This document shows positions 23,696-38,800 of a stretch of DNA of 64,000 bases, piece by piece (the first letter of the stretch is position 1; each line of letters opens with the position of its first letter). The stretch is taken from NCBI GenBank assembly GCA_002269645.1, contig NIVC01001589.1, positions 16,259-80,258 of the forward strand, read 5' to 3'. The notes under the pieces were generated by a model. It had not been told where the DNA came from and ran no database searches. It was given only the letters and a program-made list of their open reading frames with translations. This DNA is from Macrostomum lignano (taxonomy: Eukaryota). Made by a program: the position numbers and the translations under genes.

Positions 23696-25279
23696 GTTGA
23701 TTTTCTCGAGAACCGTCTGGCCGATTTTTTTTAAATTAGCTTTAAAAAAAATTGTAATTTTTCGGCTATCATGCATAACTTTTTCTTGGTGAAAAAATCG
23801 AATTGGAAGTTGGGTCAAATATTCGAAAAGCGATTTTTTAATGCTTTCAATGGGCGCTCCGTTTCTAAAAATTGCTCAGTTCAACCATGTAGGCCTCTCC
23901 TTGGCCAATGTACAGTGTAGAATCGAATGTACATTCACAATAAAGTTTAGGAGTTTTATGACACCCTTGGCGCGCCGGGCTGGCAAATTGTGGAGTTGGT
24001 TGAACTTTATTGTGGTTTACCAACCAGTCTGATAGACGATTGATGAAAGAGTGGGTGCATGGGAGGTTAAAAAGCTGGCCTGAAATTTATCAACCCTCTA
24101 AACTGCTCTGATCTGTTTGTCTTATTTTATGAATACAACACCGGGTTGCGCAGTTGCAGATGGGGGCAGTAGCTAATGGGCCCAATTAATTCTGATTCAA
24201 TACGCAAAGATCTGCTTGAGCTGCCCTTCGTTCGCGTTCCTTCTGTGAGGGAAGTCCTCAGTCTGAGGCCCAACCTGACTGACAGAGGTCGCGGCGTTGC
24301 TCCGGTGTCGAGACGTCCTGGTGTACAACTCGATACTTGACGCTGTACGTTGACTCTCTTGGAGTTGCACTGTTGAACTGTCGCGCAGAAGAAGCTCCTT
24401 ATTGAAGAAAGCCTGAGTGTTATTAACAGTAAGATTTTAGCCTTGTGATCCTCTTTACATGCACATGCAGTTTAGGATTTTATGGTCAAGAATTGCGAGC
24501 TCTAGAGCGTTATGGACATTCATTCATTCAAACATACAAACCTTAGAGATTTAGTATATTTAGACTCAGCAACAGTCAAAAGTTCCACCCTCCAAGCAAG
24601 CTGAATTTTTTAAACTTATTGCGAGTCACGCAACTTACTACGCACGCGCAAAGCTTATTGCCACATTCAAGCAAGCATACAAACAAACCATAAGAAGTAG
24701 TAAATAATAGACTGAAATTTGCATAAGGGCACAATATTGTGCATGCAACAGCACAAATTGCAACGCTGCATATGCAGCTGCTGTTGTGTTAATGTTAGCT
24801 GATAAGCTGCAGTAGCTGAAATAGATGAGATTGATAAGTCGCGGTGTACACCGCCGCCTCCCAGCTCTAGCTCTTACAGACTGTCTCTCCAGTTTGACTT
24901 CTACCGTCATAGCCCTCTACCTTGTCATGACTGCCTCTAGCCAGTGCATGAGCTTTTTTTCTTCAAAACTATTGGGAGTTTTTACTTAATGAAAAATATT
25001 CGCAGCGTGACTGTTTACGGATCGCCAGTCGCATTGCTTCGTATTTGCGTCACAGAACATAAAATAATCAAGTCGAACAGAACTGCTAATTAAGGGTAAT
25101 TTAAACCTGCTTACACTGGCTTGCATAAAAATTGGGCCTGAAAAGCTCCCTGAAGGCTATAAAAGACTTGTTCTCCCCAGTATACCCTTGTCATTCGCGA
25201 GTTTTCGGCCGAGTGTAACCGATTTGGAAACCGAGTGAAAGCAGCAACCAAGTATGTAAAACTCTCTCCCCAAGCTTTA

Positions 25280-26250
25280 GAATAGACTGCAGTCCATCTT
25301 GGAAAAGACTTTTTCTCATTCGTTTAAAAAGTCTAGGTACTGCCTAGCCAGTTTCTGTCAGTGCACTGTTTCTAAAACTGTCACGCATGAACGAATTTTG
25401 GAGGTTGCGAAATGTATGATAGATCTCGAGCCGTATCAGAGTGTGTCCTCGTGAGCAGTTACTGTCTCATCCACATAGATTCTGGGTTACGAGCTCATGT
25501 TTCACAAATCCCCGAAATATCAGATTTTTTTTCAAGTCTGTCGAAAGTTTTCATATAATCGTTTCCTTCTCCCAACAGTTCAGGAAGACAACAAACAATG
25601 GACTCGATGGTACTTTCTCAGTGTGATCTCTAGAGTCACATTCTCAAACTTCTGGCGCACCTTCTTTCACAAGGATAAGCTTTGTGAAATTTCTTCATTG
25701 AAGTTTCGATCTTGCTAGAGTTTTCGGTGTTGTGAAATTCCGATATATTTTTGAAAGCATAAGTAATGATAAATTTCTCTCTGGTCGGCTCTGTCTTGAA
25801 GCTTTAGAAGCTTGAGACTGCAGTGACATCTTACAGGAAAAAGTCTCATTCAGTTTAAAAGTATCTAGGTACTGCCTCGCAGCCACGCTTTCTGTCACGT
25901 GCAACTGTTTACGAATGAAAAACTTGTCACGACTGAAACGCTTTTTCATTTTTGCGAAATCTATGAAATCTCGAGCCGTCTAAAATATCAGAGTGGTTTG
26001 TCCTCGTGTAGCAACAGTTACTGTTCTCATCCAATAAACATGAGATTCTGGGCCTACGAGCTCGTACTGTATTTCTCACAAAATCCCGCGAGGAAAAATA
26101 TCAGATTTTTTTTCAAGTCTGTAAAACGACAAATTGAGTTTTCCCATATAATCGTTTCCTTCTCCCAACAGTTCAGGAAGACAACAAACAATGGACTCGA
26201 TGGTACTTTCTCAGTGTGATCTCTAGAGTCACATTCTCAAACTTCTGGCG
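25280..26250 (+). repeat. Indel-rich tandem duplication (about 25280-25657 and 25810-26250)
   Basis: Shared blocks such as CTAGGTACTGCCT and CAGTTCAGGAAGACAACAAACAATGGACTCGATGGTACTTTCTCAGTGTGATCTCTAGAGTCACATTCTCAAACTTCTGGCG. Confidence 0.8.
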
Positions 26251-26865
26251 AGGATCTTTCCTCTTCAATCAGTATATTTTATAAGCCAACACAGTGTACG
26301 CAAGCAAGGAGGAATAGGGGAAGAAAGTGAAATGGAGGCCCAATAGGAGCCGTCGGCCAGAGGAGATTCATGCATCATGCGAGGGTCGCATGGCTGGGCC
26401 TCTCGCTCGCCGATCAGGGCTATTTTTAGGCATGCAGATCTTGTGCATCTGGGGAGTTGTTGCCAAGGCTGGATACTTGTTCACGCATCACGCGCGCGTC
26501 GGCTGATTTTTCCCAATCTCTTGCTAACGGCGCTTTCGTTTCACTTCATCTGTATACTGACCGAATTAACAGCACTGGGCTTGTTGTATTTTTACGCGTC
26601 GTAGCACCTTCGGCTTTCTTTATGCCTATGCCCGCTTTTCCGGTTGAGTCTTATTGATTTACTAATTTCATTCGACTATTGAGCGGCATTGAAATCACGA
26701 TTTATATTTCTCCTGCACTAAATGACTCTAGCCATGCGCCATCACGAGCCGTTGAAGCACGCTTTTTACACATTTTAATCAAAGTTTTTAACAAAGTTCA
26801 AACAAAAATTCCAATTCTCACATAGATCCCACCCAGTCCTGCGTCCAACTGTCCAATCGCCATCA

Positions 26866-29702
26866 ATGACAGCCCGGTGCCTTCGACGAAAGAATCGACT
26901 GCTACTAGCAGCTCTGGCCGCCGTCTGTTGCACAGCTCTGCTGCTCCGGCCGCATCGTGAGAATCCGGTTGCACTGTCGGGGTTCGGGTGTTCGGGGTTA
27001 GGTCGGGGTCGGGATTAGGGGTCGGGGTTCGGGGTCCCGATGAATGTTCGGGACGGGATTTTGGACCGGGATTTCGGGGTTTTCGGGGTTTCGCAAATTT
27101 TCTGAATTCCCATAGAACTACGAAAAAATCCTTATGAATTAGAATTAGCTTTTTTCGTTTTTAACGTGATTGCTTAAGGCTTATGACGCTTAAATTCAAA
27201 GCTTCAAAGATTTAATGCTTTTCTGTGGTCGTAAGTTCCTTAATAACATTTACACTTGCCGTGCCGTCCATAAACTGCGATGATTATCAAGTCAAAAAGA
27301 GTTTTCAAGCTTATTTAAACTCGTTAACTATTACTGTTGGCTAGCTTAAAAATATTTTTTAAACTTATGGTATAGTATTAGTACTATTACAAATATTATT
27401 TTTCTATAATTAAGTTTATATGTTTTTTAAGGTATTGTTTCTTAGAAAAAGATTTAGAATCTTAAGAATTTTAAGAATCATAGAAATGTTTGGATTTATA
27501 GACCTATTCTTCAATAGAGGGTCATATTTAAGTTTAAGTTGAACTGAAACAGGCTATAGTCGTAAGTAGCCGTCAATACCACTTTTTATTAAATGATATT
27601 GCTTACTTCCGGGTTATTGGGGTTCGGGGTCGGGATTAGGGTTCGGGACGGGATTCGGGGTTCCCGATAAATGTTCGGGACGGGATTCGGGATTCCCGAA
27701 AGATGTCCGGGATCGGGGTTAACCCCGAACCCCGAAAAAAATGCCATCCCGAACACCCTAGTTACAGCGCTGCCGACATCCGTAACGCCGCCGCCAATCA
27801 ACCGCTCGGCGATCCCACCGCCCAGCTGCCGCGGCCTCCTGTCTGGCAACGCCAACGACATCCGTCGAGCGGAGGCTCGCTATGGACGGCCGGAAGACTT
27901 TCTGGATGACGGCCAGCTGGCGAGGCTGCCGTGCGACCGGCTCACTGCGGGCTACTGGACCGGGCCGGTCAGCCCTCTGGAGCTCGGCTTCCCCATTGCA
28001 TTCACCGTGATGGCGCATCACAGCTTCTATCAGGTAAAACGAATCAACTTAATCAGAAACAACAACAACTACGACAAAATACACCTCGCGCCGACCACAA
28101 GTGGCCACAGAGGGGGTGTCAGACACTCAATAAGTAAACCAAAAACACTTATTAACGCTCTCAATTAGCTCTTAATGCTCGAATGCAATGAGGAATCCAT
28201 CTGGAGGAGGTCAAGGGTGTAAAATAGCGCTTAAATCCCGCCTGCGGCGCTCTATAACTGGCGCTAAAAAGATTTGTTAAGCTGGAACTGGGATCTCGTG
28301 TAATTGACAACAATTAAATGAGCATTGTGTTGCATCCTGGTCAGCTAAGCGAACATATAAGAGGCTTTCTAGGAAAAACGGGCATTCAACTTTGAGAGCC
28401 TGTGATAAAATGTTCAACCAATTAGTTTTGTTGTCCAACTTTAATACTCGAATAATTGACAGCTTTGCATAAAAACTTACGCTGAGCAGAATTTTGCTTC
28501 CATAGCATGCGTCGGCGAGACTCAGGCGCTGTTTTTTTAACCCAACAGTCCAAGTCAAATGCAAGCTGCCATTGCTTCATTCTGCAGAGATCGTTGAACT
28601 GCATGACTGATTTTTTTAATTAGTTAGAACCTTGCCATGAAGTTGTGGCTTCGTGCCAAGGCGGAAAGAGGAAAAGGTGCCATGAATGAACAATACATAA
28701 TCGTCATTATTGCATGATCGCAGGTGAACAAGCTGATGCAGGCTGTGCACCGCTCCCACAATGCCTACTGTCTGCACGTCGACGCAAAATCCAGCGCCAA
28801 TTTCTCGGCCGCCGCCAAGCGCCTGGCCGGTTGCCTTGGCAACGTGCTCACGGTCGAGTCGACAGTCGTCTGGGGTGAGACATCCGTACTGCTGGCCGAC
28901 CTCAAGTGCTTCCGTGCTCTGCTTAACGGACACAGGGTGAGTGAGCTATTGTACTTAATCCACTCACTGCATGAGCGTGCTGTGAGTCTGACTGTACTCG
29001 TATCGTACGTAACTTCCGCAGAAGTGGAACTACGTTATCAACCTGACTGGGCAGGAATATCCGATCCGCACCCTCATGGAGATGGTGCGCATTCTCAAGC
29101 TGATGAACGGCAGCAACAACATGGAGAAGCTGATTCCCTCCAACTACAGGCTGCAGTACCCCGCGATGCCCAACGCTACGGGCTTGGGGGGCCTTCGCTG
29201 GTACAAGGGCTCAGCTCACGCCATCATCAGCCGAGCTGCTGTCCAATACATCATGGAGGACCACAGAGCTCGCCAGATTCTGGACCACATCCAGAGGCAC
29301 TATGCCAGAGGTCGCACCATTCCAGACGAGACGTACTACGCAACCCTCAACCACAACTACGGAATACTGCAGTTCCCAGGCTCCTACACGGGCAACCGGG
29401 TGACAACTGCGACGGAGTATCGGCAGATCTACCGCTACAAAATCTGGTCTGGAAGGTGCAGGGCCGGTCTCAGCGTTCGTGGCATCTGCATTCTGGGCGC
29501 TGCCGACCTGCAGGACTTCAACTCGAGACCGGAGCTTATCGCCAACAAGATGTACTTCGACTTCCAGAGCGATGCGTTCCGCTGCGTACAGGAGAGATTC
29601 TGGAATAACACGAGGGCCGACTATGACTCCAATTTGACCAAGAGCTTCGTGGTACCGCTGAGTTTCTATGAGAAACTCGAGTTCGTGAGGCACCACGTGT
29701 AG
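26866..29702 (+). CDS. GT14 core-2/I-branching beta-1,6-GlcNAc transferase-like type II membrane protein; exons 26866-26956, 27762 (or 27768)-28033, 28724-28936, 29022-29702
   Basis: N-terminus MTARCLRRKNRLLLAALAAVCCTALLL (signal anchor); FPIAFTVMAH, YCLHVDAKS, VVWGETSVLLADLKC, WNYVINLTGQEYP, YKGSAH, PDETYYATL, IANK. Splice phases are consistent. Confidence 0.88.
26984..27760. mobile_element. Probable non-autonomous DNA transposon in GT14 intron 1 with CGGG(A/G)TT subterminal repeats
   Basis: Right end CCCGAACACCCTA is the reverse complement of TAGGGTGTTCGGG; left end TCGGGTGTTCGGG has 1 mismatch. AT-rich core; no TSD found. Confidence 0.45.
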
Positions 29703-29899
29703 CTTTACCGAGTTTGTGAGGCACCACGTGTAGCTTTACCGAGTTTGTGGGGCACCACTGAGCTCAGAGTAGTTCACCACGAACTCACGACGTACAGAGT
29801 GGATGCACAAGTACTCAGCGTGCTACAGCGTAACAAGGGCAAAACTCACGACTACGAGAGGTACCAAGAGTGCAGTACATTTTCAGTACAAGTGAAACA

Positions 29900-32800
29900 A
29901 ATTTTACAAGTTCACCACAAACTCTGCAAGGCACACCACTCACTGACTAGAGGCACACCCCCTACGCTGCACCCTCACTACTACGTTACTGTTCTCACTG
30001 CTACAAGGCACACAAACTCACTGACTAACACACCAAGTTATATACGGTAAACACACTACAAACTCATGACTGGTAATACACACAAAACTCATGTACGAAC
30101 ACACAAACACTGCACAAAACTCACTGACTACTAAGGTGCACCAATCACTCTAGTCGAATCACTGAAAAAAACACAACTCCTGCTACAGGAAAACAAACTT
30201 GACTAGAAGGTAAACACACACAAACTCACTGATTAAAACACACAAACTCACTTACAAACACACACAAACTCACTGACTACAAGTAAACACACACAAACTC
30301 ACTGACTAAGGTAAACACACACAAACTCACTGACTACAAGGTAAACACACACAAACTCACTGACTACAAGGTAAACACACAAAACTCACTGACCAGGTAA
30401 ACACACACAACTCACTGACTACAAGGTAAACACACACAAACTCACTGACTACAAGAAACTACTGACTACAAGTAAACACACACAAACTCACTGACTACAA
30501 GGTAAACACACACAAACTCACTGACTACAAGGTAAACACACACAAACTCACTGACTACAAGGTAAACACACACAAACTCACTGACTACAAGGTAAACACA
30601 CACAAACTCACTGACTACAAAAACACACACAAACTCACTGACTACAAGGTAAACACACACAAACTCACTGACTACAAGGTAAACACACACAAACTCACTG
30701 ACTACAAGGTAAACACACACAAACTCACTGACTACAAGGTAAACACACACAAACTCACTGACTACAAGGTAAACACACACAAACTCACTGACTACAAGGT
30801 AAACACACACAAACTCACTGACTACAAGGTAAACACACACAAACTCACTGACTACAAGTAAACACACACAAACTCACTGACTACAAGGTAAACACACACA
30901 AACTCACTGACTACAAGGTAAACACACACAAACTCACTGACTACAAGGTAAACACACACAAACTCACTGACTACAAGGTAAACACACACAAACTCACTGA
31001 CTACAAGGTAAACACACACAAACTCACTGACTACAAGGTAAACACACACAAACTCACTGACTACAAGGTAAACACACACAAACTCACTGACTACAAGGTA
31101 AACACACACAAACTCACTGACTACAAGGTAAACACACACAAACTCACTGACTACAAGGTAAACACACACAAACTCACTGACTACAAGGTAAACACACACA
31201 AACTCACTGACTACAAGGTAAACACACACAAACTCACTGACTACAAGGTAAACACACACAAACTCACTGACTACAAGGTAAACACACACAAACTCACTGA
31301 CTACAAGGTAAACACACACAAACTCACTGACTACAAGGTAAACACACACAAACTCACTGACTACAAGGTAAACACACACAAACTCACTGACTACAAGGTA
31401 AACACACACAAACTCACTGACTACAAGGTAAACACACACAAACTCACTGACTACAAGGTAAACACACACAAACTCACTGACTACAAGGTAAACACACACA
31501 AACTCACTGACTACAAGGTAAACACACACAAACTCACTGACTACAAGGTAAACACACACAAACTCACTGACTACAAGGTAAACACACACAAACTCACTGA
31601 CTACAAGGTAAACACACACAAACTCACTGACTACAAGGTAAACACACACAAACTCACTGACTACAAGGTAAACACACACAAACTCACTGACTACAAGGTA
31701 AACACACACAAACTCACTGACTACAAGGTAAACACACACAAACTCACTGACTACAAGGTAAACACACACAAACTCACTGACTACAAGGTAAACACACACA
31801 AACTCACTGACTACAAGGTAAACACACACAAACTCACTGACTACAAGGTAAACACACACAAACTCACTGACTACAAGGTAAACACACACAAACTCACTGA
31901 CTACAAGGTAAACACACACAAACTCACTGACTACAAGGTAAACACACACAAACTCACTGACTACAAGGTAAACACACACAAACTCACTGACTACAAGGTA
32001 AACACACACAAACTCACTGACTACAAGGTAAACACACACAAACTCACTGACTACAAGGTAAACACACACAAACTCACTGACTACAAGGTAAACACACACA
32101 AACTCACTGACTACAAGGTAAACACACACAAACTCACTGACTACAAGGTAAACACACACAAACTCACTGACTACAAGGTAAACACACACAAACTCACTGA
32201 CTACAAGGTAAACACACACAAACTCACTGACTACAAGGTAAACACACACAAACTCACTGACTACAAGGTAAACACACACAAACTCACTGACTACAAGGTA
32301 AACACACACAAACTCACTGACTACAAGGTAAACACACACAAACTCACTGACTACAAGGTAAACACACACAAACTCACTGACTACAAGGTAAACACACACA
32401 AACTCACTGACTACAAGGTAAACACACACAAACTCACTGACTACAAGGTAAACACACACAAACTCACTGACTACAAGGTAAACACACACAAACTCACTGA
32501 CTACAAGGTAAACACACACAAACTCACTGACTACAAGGTAAACACACACAAACTCACTGACTACAAGGTAAACACACACAAACTCACTGACTACAAGGTA
32601 AACACACACAAACTCACTGACTACAAGGTAAACACACACAAACTCACTGACTACAAGGTAAACACACACAAACTCACTGACTACAAGGTAAACACACACA
32701 AACTCACTGACTACAAGGTAAACACACACAAACTCACTGACTACAAGGTAAACACACACAAACTCACTGACTACAAGGTAAACACACACAAACTCACTGA

Positions 32801-35800
32801 CTACAAGGTAAACACACACAAACTCACTGACTACAAGGTAAACACACACAAACTCACTGACTACAAGGTAAACACACACAAACTCACTGACTACAAGGTA
32901 AACACACACAAACTCACTGACTACAAGGTAAACACACACAAACTCACTGACTACAAGGTAAACACACACAAACTCACTGACTACAAGGTAAACACACACA
33001 AACTCACTGACTACAAGGTAAACACACACAAACTCACTGACTACAAGGTAAACACACACAAACTCACTGACTACAAGGTAAACACACACAAACTCACTGA
33101 CTACAAGGTAAACACACACAAACTCACTGACTACAAGGTAAACACACACAAACTCACTGACTACAAGGTAAACACACACAAACTCACTGACTACAAGGTA
33201 AACACACACAAACTCACTGACTACAAGGTAAACACACACAAACTCACTGACTACAAGGTAAACACACACAAACTCACTGACTACAAGGTAAACACACACA
33301 AACTCACTGACTACAAGGTAAACACACACAAACTCACTGACTACAAGGTAAACACACACAAACTCACTGACTACAAGGTAAACACACACAAACTCACTGA
33401 CTACAAGGTAAACACACACAAACTCACTGACTACAAGGTAAACACACACAAACTCACTGACTACAAGGTAAACACACACAAACTCACTGACTACAAGGTA
33501 AACACACACAAACTCACTGACTACAAGGTAAACACACACAAACTCACTGACTACAAGGTAAACACACACAAACTCACTGACTACAAGGTAAACACACACA
33601 AACTCACTGACTACAAGGTAAACACACACAAACTCACTGACTACAAGGTAAACACACACAAACTCACTGACTACAAGGTAAACACACACAAACTCACTGA
33701 CTACAAGGTAAACACACACAAACTCACTGACTACAAGGTAAACACACACAAACTCACTGACTACAAGGTAAACACACACAAACTCACTGACTACAAGGTA
33801 AACACACACAAACTCACTGACTACAAGGTAAACACACACAAACTCACTGACTACAAGGTAAACACACACAAACTCACTGACTACAAGGTAAACACACACA
33901 AACTCACTGACTACAAGGTAAACACACACAAACTCACTGACTACAAGGTAAACACACACAAACTCACTGACTACAAGGTAAACACACACAAACTCACTGA
34001 CTACAAGGTAAACACACACAAACTCACTGACTACAAGGTAAACACACACAAACTCACTGACTACAAGGTAAACACACACAAACTCACTGACTACAAGGTA
34101 AACACACACAAACTCACTGACTACAAGGTAAACACACACAAACTCACTGACTACAAGGTAAACACACACAAACTCACTGACTACAAGGTAAACACACACA
34201 AACTCACTGACTACAAGGTAAACACACACAAACTCACTGACTACAAGGTAAACACACACAAACTCACTGACTACAAGGTAAACACACACAAACTCACTGA
34301 CTACAAGGTAAACACACACAAACTCACTGACTACAAGGTAAACACACACAAACTCACTGACTACAAGGTAAACACACACAAACTCACTGACTACAAGGTA
34401 AACACACACAAACTCACTGACTACAAGGTAAACACACACAAACTCACTGACTACAAGGTAAACACACACAAACTCACTGACTACAAGGTAAACACACACA
34501 AACTCACTGACTACAAGGTAAACACACACAAACTCACTGACTACAAGGTAAACACACACAAACTCACTGACTACAAGGTAAACACACACAAACTCACTGA
34601 CTACAAGGTAAACACACACAAACTCACTGACTACAAGGTAAACACACACAAACTCACTGACTACAAGGTAAACACACACAAACTCACTGACTACAAGGTA
34701 AACACACACAAACTCACTGACTACAAGGTAAACACACACAAACTCACTGACTACAAGGTAAACACACACAAACTCACTGACTACAAGGTAAACACACACA
34801 AACTCACTGACTACAAGGTAAACACACACAAACTCACTGACTACAAGGTAAACACACACAAACTCACTGACTACAAGGTAAACACACACAAACTCACTGA
34901 CTACAAGGTAAACACACACAAACTCACTGACTACAAGGTAAACACACACAAACTCACTGACTACAAGGTAAACACACACAAACTCACTGACTACAAGGTA
35001 AACACACACAAACTCACTGACTACAAGGTAAACACACACAAACTCACTGACTACAAGGTAAACACACACAAACTCACTGACTACAAGGTAAACACACACA
35101 AACTCACTGACTACAAGGTAAACACACACAAACTCACTGACTACAAGGTAAACACACACAAACTCACTGACTACAAGGTAAACACACACAAACTCACTGA
35201 CTACAAGGTAAACACACACAAACTCACTGACTACAAGGTAAACACACACAAACTCACTGACTACAAGGTAAACACACACAAACTCACTGACTACAAGGTA
35301 AACACACACAAACTCACTGACTACAAGGTAAACACACACAAACTCACTGACTACAAGGTAAACACACACAAACTCACTGACTACAAGGTAAACACACACA
35401 AACTCACTGACTACAAGGTAAACACACACAAACTCACTGACTACAAGGTAAACACACACAAACTCACTGACTACAAGGTAAACACACACAAACTCACTGA
35501 CTACAAGGTAAACACACACAAACTCACTGACTACAAGGTAAACACACACAAACTCACTGACTACAAGGTAAACACACACAAACTCACTGACTACAAGGTA
35601 AACACACACAAACTCACTGACTACAAGGTAAACACACACAAACTCACTGACTACAAGGTAAACACACACAAACTCACTGACTACAAGGTAAACACACACA
35701 AACTCACTGACTACAAGGTAAACACACACAAACTCACTGACTACAAGGTAAACACACACAAACTCACTGACTACAAGGTAAACACACACAAACTCACTGA

Positions 35801-38800
35801 CTACAAGGTAAACACACACAAACTCACTGACTACAAGGTAAACACACACAAACTCACTGACTACAAGGTAAACACACACAAACTCACTGACTACAAGGTA
35901 AACACACACAAACTCACTGACTACAAGGTAAACACACACAAACTCACTGACTACAAGGTAAACACACACAAACTCACTGACTACAAGGTAAACACACACA
36001 AACTCACTGACTACAAGGTAAACACACACAAACTCACTGACTACAAGGTAAACACACACAAACTCACTGACTACAAGGTAAACACACACAAACTCACTGA
36101 CTACAAGGTAAACACACACAAACTCACTGACTACAAGGTAAACACACACAAACTCACTGACTACAAGGTAAACACACACAAACTCACTGACTACAAGGTA
36201 AACACACACAAACTCACTGACTACAAGGTAAACACACACAAACTCACTGACTACAAGGTAAACACACACAAACTCACTGACTACAAGGTAAACACACACA
36301 AACTCACTGACTACAAGGTAAACACACACAAACTCACTGACTACAAGGTAAACACACACAAACTCACTGACTACAAGGTAAACACACACAAACTCACTGA
36401 CTACAAGGTAAACACACACAAACTCACTGACTACAAGGTAAACACACACAAACTCACTGACTACAAGGTAAACACACACAAACTCACTGACTACAAGGTA
36501 AACACACACAAACTCACTGACTACAAGGTAAACACACACAAACTCACTGACTACAAGGTAAACACACACAAACTCACTGACTACAAGGTAAACACACACA
36601 AACTCACTGACTACAAGGTAAACACACACAAACTCACTGACTACAAGGTAAACACACACAAACTCACTGACTACAAGGTAAACACACACAAACTCACTGA
36701 CTACAAGGTAAACACACACAAACTCACTGACTACAAGGTAAACACACACAAACTCACTGACTACAAGGTAAACACACACAAACTCACTGACTACAAGGTA
36801 AACACACACAAACTCACTGACTACAAGGTAAACACACACAAACTCACTGACTACAAGGTAAACACACACAAACTCACTGACTACAAGGTAAACACACACA
36901 AACTCACTGACTACAAGGTAAACACACACAAACTCACTGACTACAAGGTAAACACACACAAACTCACTGACTACAAGGTAAACACACACAAACTCACTGA
37001 CTACAAGGTAAACACACACAAACTCACTGACTACAAGGTAAACACACACAAACTCACTGACTACAAGGTAAACACACACAAACTCACTGACTACAAGGTA
37101 AACACACACAAACTCACTGACTACAAGGTAAACACACACAAACTCACTGACTACAAGGTAAACACACACAAACTCACTGACTACAAGGTAAACACACACA
37201 AACTCACTGACTACAAGGTAAACACACACAAACTCACTGACTACAAGGTAAACACACACAAACTCACTGACTACAAGGTAAACACACACAAACTCACTGA
37301 CTACAAGGTAAACACACACAAACTCACTGACTACAAGGTAAACACACACAAACTCACTGACTACAAGGTAAACACACACAAACTCACTGACTACAAGGTA
37401 AACACACACAAACTCACTGACTACAAGGTAAACACACACAAACTCACTGACTACAAGGTAAACACACACAAACTCACTGACTACAAGGTAAACACACACA
37501 AACTCACTGACTACAAGGTAAACACACACAAACTCACTGACTACAAGGTAAACACACACAAACTCACTGACTACAAGGTAAACACACACAAACTCACTGA
37601 CTACAAGGTAAACACACACAAACTCACTGACTACAAGGTAAACACACACAAACTCACTGACTACAAGGTAAACACACACAAACTCACTGACTACAAGGTA
37701 AACACACACAAACTCACTGACTACAAGGTAAACACACACAAACTCACTGACTACAAGGTAAACACACACAAACTCACTGACTACAAGGTAAACACACACA
37801 AACTCACTGACTACAAGGTAAACACACACAAACTCACTGACTACAAGGTAAACACACACAAACTCACTGACTACAAGGTAAACACACACAAACTCACTGA
37901 CTACAAGGTAAACACACACAAACTCACTGACTACAAGGTAAACACACACAAACTCACTGACTACAAGGTAAACACACACAAACTCACTGACTACAAGGTA
38001 AACACACACAAACTCACTGACTACAAGGTAAACACACACAAACTCACTGACTACAAGGTAAACACACACAAACTCACTGACTACAAGGTAAACACACACA
38101 AACTCACTGACTACAAGGTAAACACACACAAACTCACTGACTACAAGGTAAACACACACAAACTCACTGACTACAAGGTAAACACACACAAACTCACTGA
38201 CTACAAGGTAAACACACACAAACTCACTGACTACAAGGTAAACACACACAAACTCACTGACTACAAGGTAAACACACACAAACTCACTGACTACAAGGTA
38301 AACACACACAAACTCACTGACTACAAGGTAAACACACACAAACTCACTGACTACAAGGTAAACACACACAAACTCACTGACTACAAGGTAAACACACACA
38401 AACTCACTGACTACAAGGTAAACACACACAAACTCACTGACTACAAGGTAAACACACACAAACTCACTGACTACAAGGTAAACACACACAAACTCACTGA
38501 CTACAAGGTAAACACACACAAACTCACTGACTACAAGGTAAACACACACAAACTCACTGACTACAAGGTAAACACACACAAACTCACTGACTACAAGGTA
38601 AACACACACAAACTCACTGACTACAAGGTAAACACACACAAACTCACTGACTACAAGGTAAACACACACAAACTCACTGACTACAAGGTAAACACACACA
38701 AACTCACTGACTACAAGGTAAACACACACAAACTCACTGACTACAAGGTAAACACACACAAACTCACTGACTACAAGGTAAACACACACAAACTCACTGA

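Noticed and set aside
24200-24413. Possible minus-strand terminal exon (AFFNKELLLRD...QIFAY*)
   Set aside because: A plausible acceptor and ~70 open codons, but no recognisable homology and no linked exons, so it cannot be supported.
28724-29608. 294-aa track ORF as a single-exon protein
   Set aside because: It reads through the 28937-29021 intron into the wrong frame; the spliced model restores the GT14 motifs.
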